A DNA stretch of 63,606 bases, the filler included, from Candidatus Sysuiplasma jiujiangense (GTDB taxonomy: Archaea > Thermoplasmatota > Thermoplasmata > Sysuiplasmatales > Sysuiplasmataceae): NCBI GenBank assembly GCA_019721075.1. It is 4 parts of 4 records of this genome, joined end to end, with 100 filler letters (N's around TTAATTAATTAA, not from the genome) between each part and the next. Parts side by side here need not be neighbours in the genome. Positions count along the whole stretch, not along the records: positions 1 to 18,677 come from JAHEAD010000024.1; 3 more parts are not named here. One strand, given 5' to 3'. Positions within the stretch are counted from its first letter, which is position 1, and the number at the start of each line of letters is the position of its first letter. This document shows positions 1-7,255 of the stretch, piece by piece. The position numbers were made by a program, and so were the translations under genes. Below the pieces are notes generated by a model. It saw only the letters and a program-made list of their open reading frames with translations, was not told where the DNA came from and did no database searches.

Positions 1-92
1 TTGGGAACCACTTCCATAATTAATATCCGAGATCTCAGGCCCTCGAGGGTGAGATCTCAGCTCTCCTGGGAAAAAATTCGGCGATTGATGAA

Positions 93-1097
93 TCAGAGTT
101 TCCCGGATATCTCGTTTATCAGCCACCTTGCGTTGTTCATAACCCTATCAAGGTTCTCCTTCCCGAAATCTTCTCCTTGGGACCTGGCATTATCAAGCCA
201 TCCCTTCATGTATGCCGATGAGTCGTCTTTGAAGTCAAACCCAAAATGCGAACCAACCATGTAAGTGGAAAGTTCCGCCTCAGATTCAGCGATCCCTCTT
301 GGCAGTTTCTTGTAAAGATGCTCTAGTCTTGCATGTGACATCTCGTGTATGAGAGTATGTAACATATTGGTGTCCTCTCCCGGTATTTTCATGACCACGA
401 TTTTCTGTCCTTCATCCGAATGCGCAGTATATCCTCTTGCACCGTTCTTTATGGAACCTTCCTCCACAGTGTAATGCTCTTTTGCTATCTTCTTCAGGAT
501 ACCATACAGTTTTGTCGCCTTGACGTCCTCCTCAACGGGCTTTCCCTTTCCCGGTATCACCAACGTTTGTGATATGTCATATACAGTACCGGTGCTGAAG
601 ACATGGGCGGAACCGCCTCCCTGGAGATTGAACTTCTCCTTCACCAGCTCATCTATGGCCTCATCGCTCAGCCCTTCTCTTCTCTTTTCTTCTATGAAGG
701 CTTTCACCTTCCCGGGACCGTCCTTCCCTGCGATGCCCACAGGATAGAGTACTGATATGGGGTTGGCATCATCCTTGACGTCCCTTCCGAAGTATTTCCA
801 CTCATTTCTTGACCTGACAATTGAGGGATTTGGGAACTGGTCCTGAATCAGTATTGAGTTGAATGCGGAATAATCTCCCAACGTGCCTGAGTATTTCCGC
901 ATCTGCAGCAGCAGCTGATCCACGCTTGTCACCTTGGAGAGATCTCCGAGGATTCCCCATGCTTCCCTTTCCAGATCCCTGACTGAAGGTCCCGGATTCT
1001 TGATCCGTATTTCCATCACGGTCCTGCTGCTATCCATCAGTATGTGCTTTTTCTCTTCTCCCTTTCCCTTTGTTATCCACTTCTTTGCCATTTTCAT
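93..1097 (-). CDS. ArdC-like anti-restriction/ssDNA-binding protein (ArdC-N plus HExxH zincin-like domain) with basic N-terminal tag
   Basis: YSAFNSILIQDQFP...EWKYFGRDVK (ArdC-N-like); TLIHEMSH...EAELSTY...SSAYMKGW; N-terminus KWITKGKGEEKKHI. Confidence 0.75.
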   Translation of the reverse strand: MKMAKKWITKGKGEEKKHILMDSSRTVMEIRIKNPGPSVRDLEREAWGILGDLSKVTSVDQLLLQMRKYSGTLGDYSAFNSILIQDQFPNPSIVRSRNEWKYFGRDVKDDANPISVLYPVGIAGKDGPGKVKAFIEEKRREGLSDEAIDELVKEKFNLQGGGSAHVFSTGTVYDISQTLVIPGKGKPVEEDVKATKLYGILKKIAKEHYTVEEGSIKNGARGYTAHSDEGQKIVVMKIPGEDTNMLHTLIHEMSHARLEHLYKKLPRGIAESEAELSTYMVGSHFGFDFKDDSSAYMKGWLDNARSQGEDFGKENLDRVMNNARWLINEISGKL

Positions 1098-1240
1098 TCC
1101 TCCTTTCTGTGCACGTTCTCAATTTCAGGTTTATCCGGATCCAGGGGATCCACGATTATGGCCTTGCCGTCCATTGACCATACCTGCCTTGCGTACTGCT
1201 TCCTGCTCTTTATCCTGTATTTTTCCTCCTCCGTCTTCAT
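1094..1240 (-). CDS. Small hypothetical protein (48 aa, MKTEEEKYRIKSRKQ...)
   Basis: Hand-translated; GGAGG SD; ATGA overlap with the ArdC-like gene; TATA-like box near 1303-1312. Confidence 0.6.
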   Translation of the reverse strand: MKTEEEKYRIKSRKQYARQVWSMDGKAIIVDPLDPDKPEIENVHRKEE

Positions 1241-1418
1241 TCTTTCAACCTCCAGTATTTAAACCGACCAAAAAATCGACCTAGGATCGCCGCTTGAATC
1301 ATGTATATATAATAATAGGAGAGCAACCGCCGCCACATGCCATTTCCCATCATTTTCCCCTGATATCACGGCTTCCGCGTGGCTGGCATGTAAGTGGCAC
1401 ATGCCGTCCGGCATGCCA

Positions 1419-2597
1419 TCATTCCTGGCTATCATCCTTGCTGTCCCCCTTCTTCCTGTCGCCGTCGTCTTCCAACTTCTTCTCTCCATGCTTTGCTACC
1501 CCCTCTGCAAGCCTCTCCATCAGGTCCTTCATTTCAGGCGTGATCTTATTGCCCTTGCGGATCATGCTCTCCGCCATGATGTCGAATATCTCCTCCTTTG
1601 TCATCCCAGGCCTGTACGGAGTGTTCATAGGATCGAAGGGATCCTCCTGCATGGTTCCCGCAACGTCTTTAACCACGTTGACGTGCTGCTCGCAGTTCGG
1701 GCACACAGTGCGCTTGGCACCGCCCGTATACGTCCAGGAATAGCCGCAGTGCCTGCACTTCACCTTCACGCCTGTTTCCTCCTTTTCCTCCAAATCCGAC
1801 ACATATATCCGGTGATCACAGTTTGGGCACCTCGCCACTGCCCTGTGGCCGGAATAGTCCCACTCATAACCGCACTCGTCACACTGGACCGATACGGCAG
1901 GCATTCCATTCTTTATCAGCAACCTGTCCCCGTTCAGCAGTTCCAGTTCCTCCTGGAACTCCCTGAACCTCGTCTCCATGTACTCCTTCTTCTTTGCCTC
2001 ATATTTCTCCCACAACTCCTTGGCGGGAAGCTGGAACTTGACCATCATGACCTTTATCTCCGATATCCCCCTGTGGATCCTCGGGAACTTTCCAAGGGGA
2101 CGTTCCGGGTCGAACGTGTTCCTTGAAAGCAGTTTCATCTTCATGACCCCCTGCACATCGGTCGATTCAAACCGTATGTGCACCAGTTTCCTGCTCTGTC
2201 TTTCAATGAACGTCTCGTCCGGAACTGTGATGAAGGTCAGTATCTGCTTGTACCTGAATCCCTGGGTGAGCATCCCGAAGACACGGGCAGACATCTCCTG
2301 CCACAACCTGGCGTTTATCCCCAGTCCGGCATCGTCGAACACTATGACCGACCCGGGAGGAAGCCCCTGGTTCACCAGCGCAAGGAAATCCTTCACGGTG
2401 AACACGATCCTGTCCACTGAGAAATTGGGGTCAACCCTCTCGGCAAGCCGTATGGATGACAGGGATTTCCCTGATCCCGTGTCGCCAATGAACAGTGCTA
2501 TGAGGTTGCGGTTCTTCTTTATCCGGTTGCGGATCCACTGCAGCAGCCACACGCTGTTTTTCATTGGATCGTCTTTGCCGCTCGTATTCCCCGTCAT
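1419..2597 (-). CDS. Zot/pI-like P-loop ATPase with C-terminal double Zn-ribbon
   Basis: Walker A GDTGSGKS, Walker B VIVFDD, FITVP...IERQSR; four CxxC; start moved to MTGNT (ATGA overlap, matches copy B). Confidence 0.8.
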   Translation of the reverse strand: MTGNTSGKDDPMKNSVWLLQWIRNRIKKNRNLIALFIGDTGSGKSLSSIRLAERVDPNFSVDRIVFTVKDFLALVNQGLPPGSVIVFDDAGLGINARLWQEMSARVFGMLTQGFRYKQILTFITVPDETFIERQSRKLVHIRFESTDVQGVMKMKLLSRNTFDPERPLGKFPRIHRGISEIKVMMVKFQLPAKELWEKYEAKKKEYMETRFREFQEELELLNGDRLLIKNGMPAVSVQCDECGYEWDYSGHRAVARCPNCDHRIYVSDLEEKEETGVKVKCRHCGYSWTYTGGAKRTVCPNCEQHVNVVKDVAGTMQEDPFDPMNTPYRPGMTKEEIFDIMAESMIRKGNKITPEMKDLMERLAEGVAKHGEKKLEDDGDRKKGDSKDDSQE

Positions 2598-2956
2598 ATT
2601 CCCTCCTCTCCCCCTTCCGTGTACGTCATGTTCTCGGGAATCATCAGGCCAAGACGCTTGTATAACCTTGACAATGAACCAAGCCATTCGTACAGTGCCT
2701 CGTAACCATCCACAATGTATTGCTCGGATGGATAGTTTCCTGACAGTTCCCGGATGTTCTTCTGTGCCAGCCTGTATTCCTGCAGGTACTCAGGATCGTG
2801 ATACGCGGACATGATCTGGTGCAGGGACTTCAGCTTCTTTCCCCAGCTGTATAAATTCCGGGGATTGTCTGCGGCTTCCCCGGGATATTCTGAAGCCTTG
2901 ACCAGCAGGTCATACAGCATCCTGAGGCCTTCGGGCGTTTCAGTATCACTCATCAT
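2594..2956 (-). CDS. Conserved helical hypothetical protein
   Basis: Ortholog of 37471-37830. Confidence 0.8.
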   Translation of the reverse strand: MMSDTETPEGLRMLYDLLVKASEYPGEAADNPRNLYSWGKKLKSLHQIMSAYHDPEYLQEYRLAQKNIRELSGNYPSEQYIVDGYEALYEWLGSLSRLYKRLGLMIPENMTYTEGGEEGI

Positions 2957-3203
2957 TGTCCCTCCTTGCAATGAATCTTAGTGTCCTGGGCATGTTTACG
3001 AGGCTTATTGCCGTCCTCTCATCGCTCATGGGCATTCTTTTCCCACCATCATCGAATATCATAGCCAGGGGCGGTGCCCTCTCTCCCTCGTCCTCCTCCT
3101 CTTTGTTTGCCTGGTAAAGGTGCTTTATGAACTCGTTCTCTCTCATCTCGGGCAGGGAGAAGAACAGGTCCCGGAAGGCGTGTTCCTTTCCCCAGTCCTT
3201 CAC
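2946..3203 (-). CDS. Conserved hypothetical protein (85 aa)
   Basis: GTGA-coupled start; ortholog of 37820-38077. Confidence 0.75.
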   Translation of the reverse strand: MKDWGKEHAFRDLFFSLPEMRENEFIKHLYQANKEEEDEGERAPPLAMIFDDGGKRMPMSDERTAISLVNMPRTLRFIARRDNDE

Positions 3204-4048
3204 GACGTTTCTTGCCGTGCGGCTTCACTCCTTTTCTTTATGAGCGCCTGGAGGTATTCCGGATTGCTGAGCAGCTCCTCCACCTCCTTCTCGTATATCT
3301 TGGTCTCCTCCTCCGTCAACCTCCCCTTCCTCAGGACAGACATTATGCTGTCCTTATGCGCTGAGGTGATGGCCCCAATGAGCTCCCTGGACTGTCTTGT
3401 GCCTTCAGTGATGCTCTTCACGTCCCCTGTCTGCTTCAGCTTCGCAACTTCCAGGAGTGCATCCTTGAGCATCGTCGTCAGGTCGTCGAGGACTGACACA
3501 AACATGGCATACTTTGCACGATTGTAGTGCGCCCAGGCGATCTCGACAAACCATGGGATGTTTGATCCCTCGAGGTATTTTATATCGGTGCACCAGTACG
3601 TTATCCTTCCATTTATGCGGCCCTGCTCAAGTGTCAGGCCGGTTTTCTTCTCAACAAGTGACCATATTTCATCGCTGACAAAGAGTCGATCCCAGTCCAT
3701 GAAGTCGGACGTGGGAACCATGATAAATACTCCGTTGCGGGTCCTGAGCGTTCTTGAGTAGAAATAAATCATGGGTACGTAGACCAGGACTGATACCAGT
3801 GTGTACGTGATGCCCACCAGGTCATACTCCACGTATGCCAGGATAACGCCGATGATGAGCTGAGGCAGCATCGCCCTCGCCAGCGACCGGAGGGATACGA
3901 ACTTCATGAGCCGCTGGATGTTCTCCCCAGATTTCGTTTCGAAGGCTTTCTTCAGCTCTTCCCTCCTCTCCTCCGCCGATCTCTGGGAATTCTCGAATGC
4001 GTTCTCTCTTCTCCGTTGAAAGAATCCCCTGCCCATTGCGTCCTTCAT
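3200..4048 (-). CDS. Two-TM membrane protein with C-terminal coiled coil
   Basis: Hydrophobic hairpin near aa 60-97; ortholog of 38074-38925. Confidence 0.85.
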   Translation of the reverse strand: MKDAMGRGFFQRRRENAFENSQRSAEERREELKKAFETKSGENIQRLMKFVSLRSLARAMLPQLIIGVILAYVEYDLVGITYTLVSVLVYVPMIYFYSRTLRTRNGVFIMVPTSDFMDWDRLFVSDEIWSLVEKKTGLTLEQGRINGRITYWCTDIKYLEGSNIPWFVEIAWAHYNRAKYAMFVSVLDDLTTMLKDALLEVAKLKQTGDVKSITEGTRQSRELIGAITSAHKDSIMSVLRKGRLTEEETKIYEKEVEELLSNPEYLQALIKKRSEAARQETS

Positions 4049-4884
4049 ATCCTGATGACCTCCCTTCTCTCCCTCTCCAGGAGGTATTTGCGGGCAGTGA
4101 AGAGCGCGATTATTATGGCGAACGCACTGGCAACGAAAGCCCTCGCGATTCCGTACTCGTACTGCGATAGGGTGTACTGGAGCGACGGCGGCTGCGGCCC
4201 ATAGTATTTCTGGATCGGTATTGTGGCAACAAGTTCGTTCGGGAACTTGTATACGGAATTCCCGAGGCCGATGGTCACAGTTGCCGTCGATCCGGAAATG
4301 TTGAACTGCACAATCTTCGAGCCATACACATTGCCGGAGAGGAGCTCCTGGCCGTTCAGGTATATGGAGTATGACTCGTTCTGGGTGCTCTGCATCGTCA
4401 CCGACCAGTCAGGATACATGAGTGCCCCTGCCGTGCCCGGTGCAACGGTCAGGAACTGGTCCTGTCCGGGGTACGAAGAGGATACGGACACGGACTGGAT
4501 AACCTTGTTTGACAGCGGCCCCGTGATAATATCGGCAAAGGTGTACGAAATCCCCTGGAAAACGAGTAACGCATTCGCAGGGGCACCCCCCGGCACGTTC
4601 CACACATACGTGAAATTGAATGCCCCCAGGGAATCTCCGGATTCCTTCACCGAGCCGTTGATCGAGAACGTGAAGGTACCGGATCCATACAGGTAGACAT
4701 GCCAGTCCGGATAAACCGAGACTCCGGAAGAATTGGCAGGCACATAGATGTATAAATCGGGATCCTGGTAAGTGGAATAAATGATGACATGTCCGGATGG
4801 AGTTGGAGATGCATCGACCACGGGAACGAATACAAGCCCAATAAGGGCTGTAAAAAGAAGAAGAGGCATTACGATTCGATTCAG
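4045..4884 (-). CDS. Secreted, C-terminally anchored protein with a duplicated beta domain; probable CTG start
   Basis: Signal peptide, YPDWHV/YPDWSV repeat, C-terminal TM; ortholog of 38922-39758. Confidence 0.8.
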   Translation of the reverse strand: MNRIVMPLLLFTALIGLVFVPVVDASPTPSGHVIIYSTYQDPDLYIYVPANSSGVSVYPDWHVYLYGSGTFTFSINGSVKESGDSLGAFNFTYVWNVPGGAPANALLVFQGISYTFADIITGPLSNKVIQSVSVSSSYPGQDQFLTVAPGTAGALMYPDWSVTMQSTQNESYSIYLNGQELLSGNVYGSKIVQFNISGSTATVTIGLGNSVYKFPNELVATIPIQKYYGPQPPSLQYTLSQYEYGIARAFVASAFAIIIALFTARKYLLERERREVIRI

Positions 4885-5177
4885 GGGTTTCTACCTCCTT
4901 CTTGAGGCTGTTTTGGCAGTATTCTAATTCGCTCGAGGAAGATCTTCCTCTTCAGGAATTCCTTTACCCTGATCCTCTTCTCCCTGATCCTCGAAGCGGT
5001 CAGGGACATGCCCATGATGATCCCGGAGGTTGCATTGGTCGCCGAACCGGAAGAGGGGAAGAAGAACTTGTGGAACATGCTCTCGATGGCTGGAAGATTC
5101 AGGCCAAGCCTTGTAAAGATCCACAGACCTATTATGAGGATGATGACTGCAATTGCCGCATCGGTGATCTTTCCCAT
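4881..5177 (-). CDS. Small membrane protein with basic C-terminus
   Basis: N-terminal TM; ortholog of 39755-40051. Confidence 0.8.
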   Translation of the reverse strand: MGKITDAAIAVIILIIGLWIFTRLGLNLPAIESMFHKFFFPSSGSATNATSGIIMGMSLTASRIREKRIRVKEFLKRKIFLERIRILPKQPQEGGRNP

Positions 5178-5181
5178 GATC

Positions 5182-6228
5182 TCACTCCATCCTTGGGGCT
5201 ATGATTCCCTTCACTTCGATGTGCTCACCATTTGGCCCTATCTTCCTTGTAGAAAACTCCACTGGATAGTCCCGCTTCATCCTGAGGGTCAGAACCGCCT
5301 CTTTTGGGTTCTGAAATTCATTCCTTCCCAGCATTGTCCGTATTGTTGATCGAAGATATTCTGTGGCGAAGGTTGCCTTCTCTGACGTAACCCATCCTGA
5401 TGGAACATCCCTGGGCTGCCTTGATGAAACTGCACTGACTGTTTCAATCAGCTCACGTTTCGGCTTGTATGAATCCGGATCATCAACAGACCTGTAGATT
5501 CCAACACTGGCCTTCTTTGTATCCCCTTCGAGCGAGAATCTCACTGTATCATCCTTTGTTTTCTGGAGGAAGTTCAGGAATGGCCTGAGCTGATCCCCTT
5601 CCAGCCTGACATCCCATGAATCTTGTTCGTAGTCCAGGGATGGCCAGCGAAGATTTGTTCCGCTTTTTGGCGGATTGTTCATCCATTCGGTTGAAAATTC
5701 CTTCCCATAGGATGTGGGATCAAGATATCCGTTTGGAAGATTGGTCTCCATGGTTTCCTGAATCATGGCAACATGTGACGGGTCCACGGATATGAAAGTC
5801 AGCGTGCCATTGTCAATGGTTATCTTCATGTTACCGGACGAAAAGAACATCTTCAGGTCCTCAGAATTCAGGTTCAGTTTTCCCCGCAGGTTGTCGATTC
5901 CGATGAGTTCCCGGACATCCACCTTATCGCCATAGGAAATGTTACGCTGTTTCGAGGGACCGGCTGCATTTTCCGTGGTTACTGATACGGGTTCAGGCGC
6001 TCTGGCCGGCTTCGCTGTCGCCGATGATTCTTGAAGCAGCATTCCTTCATACGGGGCGTAAAGGTCAAGCCTCTGGTTGGTCTTGATGAGCCTTGCCCTC
6101 TTGCCCTGCTTCCTCAGTTCCTGCACCTCATCGTATGCCAGGTTCCTTGGTACGCCGAACGCCTGCCTCTTCTTCACTGGATATATTTTCCTCTCCTTTC
6201 CCTTTCCTTTTGTTCTAAATTCTGTCAT
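5182..6228 (-). CDS. Divergent PCNA-like sliding clamp with tagged N-terminal extension
   Basis: SVDPSHVAMI, FATEYL, DYPVEF and terminal IIAPRME match PCNA signatures. Confidence 0.7.
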   Translation of the reverse strand: MTEFRTKGKGKERKIYPVKKRQAFGVPRNLAYDEVQELRKQGKRARLIKTNQRLDLYAPYEGMLLQESSATAKPARAPEPVSVTTENAAGPSKQRNISYGDKVDVRELIGIDNLRGKLNLNSEDLKMFFSSGNMKITIDNGTLTFISVDPSHVAMIQETMETNLPNGYLDPTSYGKEFSTEWMNNPPKSGTNLRWPSLDYEQDSWDVRLEGDQLRPFLNFLQKTKDDTVRFSLEGDTKKASVGIYRSVDDPDSYKPKRELIETVSAVSSRQPRDVPSGWVTSEKATFATEYLRSTIRTMLGRNEFQNPKEAVLTLRMKRDYPVEFSTRKIGPNGEHIEVKGIIAPRME

Positions 6229-6590
6229 TTCATTCTTCCTCCGATCCTCGTCTTTCCTCCTTCCTTGAATCCTCTTATATCGGCATAAAAAACAGAGGAG
6301 ACCTCTTTTCCGCTGCTGTAAAAGCTTGCTGCTTCCTCTCCTAGATATACTTGATTTATCCCAGACAAACGCATACCGTTGATGCTGAATTCTCTTGAAG
6401 GCCCCTTGAACTCAAACGGATCGTCATCGCTGTTCTCGAACCCGGATGATCTTATTATTTTGGCAACCTTTTGTGGTGCGAATTTCAATAAGTCCCTGGA
6501 ATTCACCCTTCGCTGAACCGAAAATTTTCTCTTCTCTATTGGCACTACCCTCTTCTTTCCGTTTTTCCTTACTGTCCTGAATGTTGTCAT
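6225..6590 (-). CDS. Tagged small basic protein
   Basis: MTTFRTVRKNGKKRVVPI; ortholog of 41130-41495. Confidence 0.8.
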   Translation of the reverse strand: MTTFRTVRKNGKKRVVPIEKRKFSVQRRVNSRDLLKFAPQKVAKIIRSSGFENSDDDPFEFKGPSREFSINGMRLSGINQVYLGEEAASFYSSGKEVSSVFYADIRGFKEGGKTRIGGRMK

Positions 6591-6914
6591 TTAATCCTCC
6601 TCAAACTTTCCCGTTGCCACATACGCAATGTCCGAATCGATCACTCTTTCCATCCTCTCGTTACCCTTATATTTTGATCTGAGCAGGGAGAGTTCCGCCA
6701 TTGTGTCAGCTTTGCCATATCTATCTACGGCTTTCCCCAGAGACCTCTTCCTGATATCATCCGCCAGGTCCACAGCATATCCTGCCAGGGACAGGCCATG
6801 GATGTGAATCTTCTTCAGGTCTGTCGTGCTGAGAACCTTGGATATCCCACTGAATCCGACACCTTTTCTCTTGGGATATGCTCTCCCGTCTTTCCTCCTT
6901 CCAAACTCAGTCAT
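6591..6914 (-). CDS. Tagged small basic helical protein (paralog of the next gene), putative DNA-binding
   Basis: LAGY...RKRSLGKAVDRYG...DIAYV; ortholog of 41498-41830. Confidence 0.8.
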   Translation of the reverse strand: MTEFGRRKDGRAYPKRKGVGFSGISKVLSTTDLKKIHIHGLSLAGYAVDLADDIRKRSLGKAVDRYGKADTMAELSLLRSKYKGNERMERVIDSDIAYVATGKFEED

Positions 6915-7251
6915 TTTTCTTCCCTCCCGATACATACCTTATGTCCTGCACTATCCTGGTCTTCAGCTCCGGCTTGTTGTAGTCCAGCCTGTACAACTCC
7001 CCGAGTTTCCGGAGCGTTTCCTTCTTCCCGTATTTTCCAATTGCCCTGTTCAATGCTGCATGCTTCGCGCCCTCCGTGCCGCTGATGTGATATCCCAATC
7101 CAGTGAGTGTCCCGGGATGCCTTATCCCCACTCCAGTCATGTCCTCGATCTGCTTCGGCGTCAGTTGCCTCTCCTTGCGGGTGATCCTGGTGCCCATTGG
7201 CACCACACTTTTCTTTCCGTTTTTCTTTATTGTCCTAAACTTTGTTCCCAT
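6907..7251 (-). CDS. Tagged small basic helical protein, putative DNA-binding
   Basis: MGTKFRTIKKNGKKSVVPM; GTLTGLGY...HAALNRAIGKYG...DIRYV; ortholog of 41823-42167. Confidence 0.8.
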   Translation of the reverse strand: MGTKFRTIKKNGKKSVVPMGTRITRKERQLTPKQIEDMTGVGIRHPGTLTGLGYHISGTEGAKHAALNRAIGKYGKKETLRKLGELYRLDYNKPELKTRIVQDIRYVSGGKKND

Positions 7252-7255
7252 TCTT

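Noticed and set aside
1330..1418. CATGCC/GGCATG inverted repeats downstream of the ATPase gene
   Set aside because: Short and imperfect, no ribozyme core recognised, and no second copy is available to test conservation
1978..2814. Long plus-strand ORFs opposite element genes (also 1401-2126, 37802-38404, 50214-50819)
   Set aside because: Antisense shadows of conserved minus-strand genes
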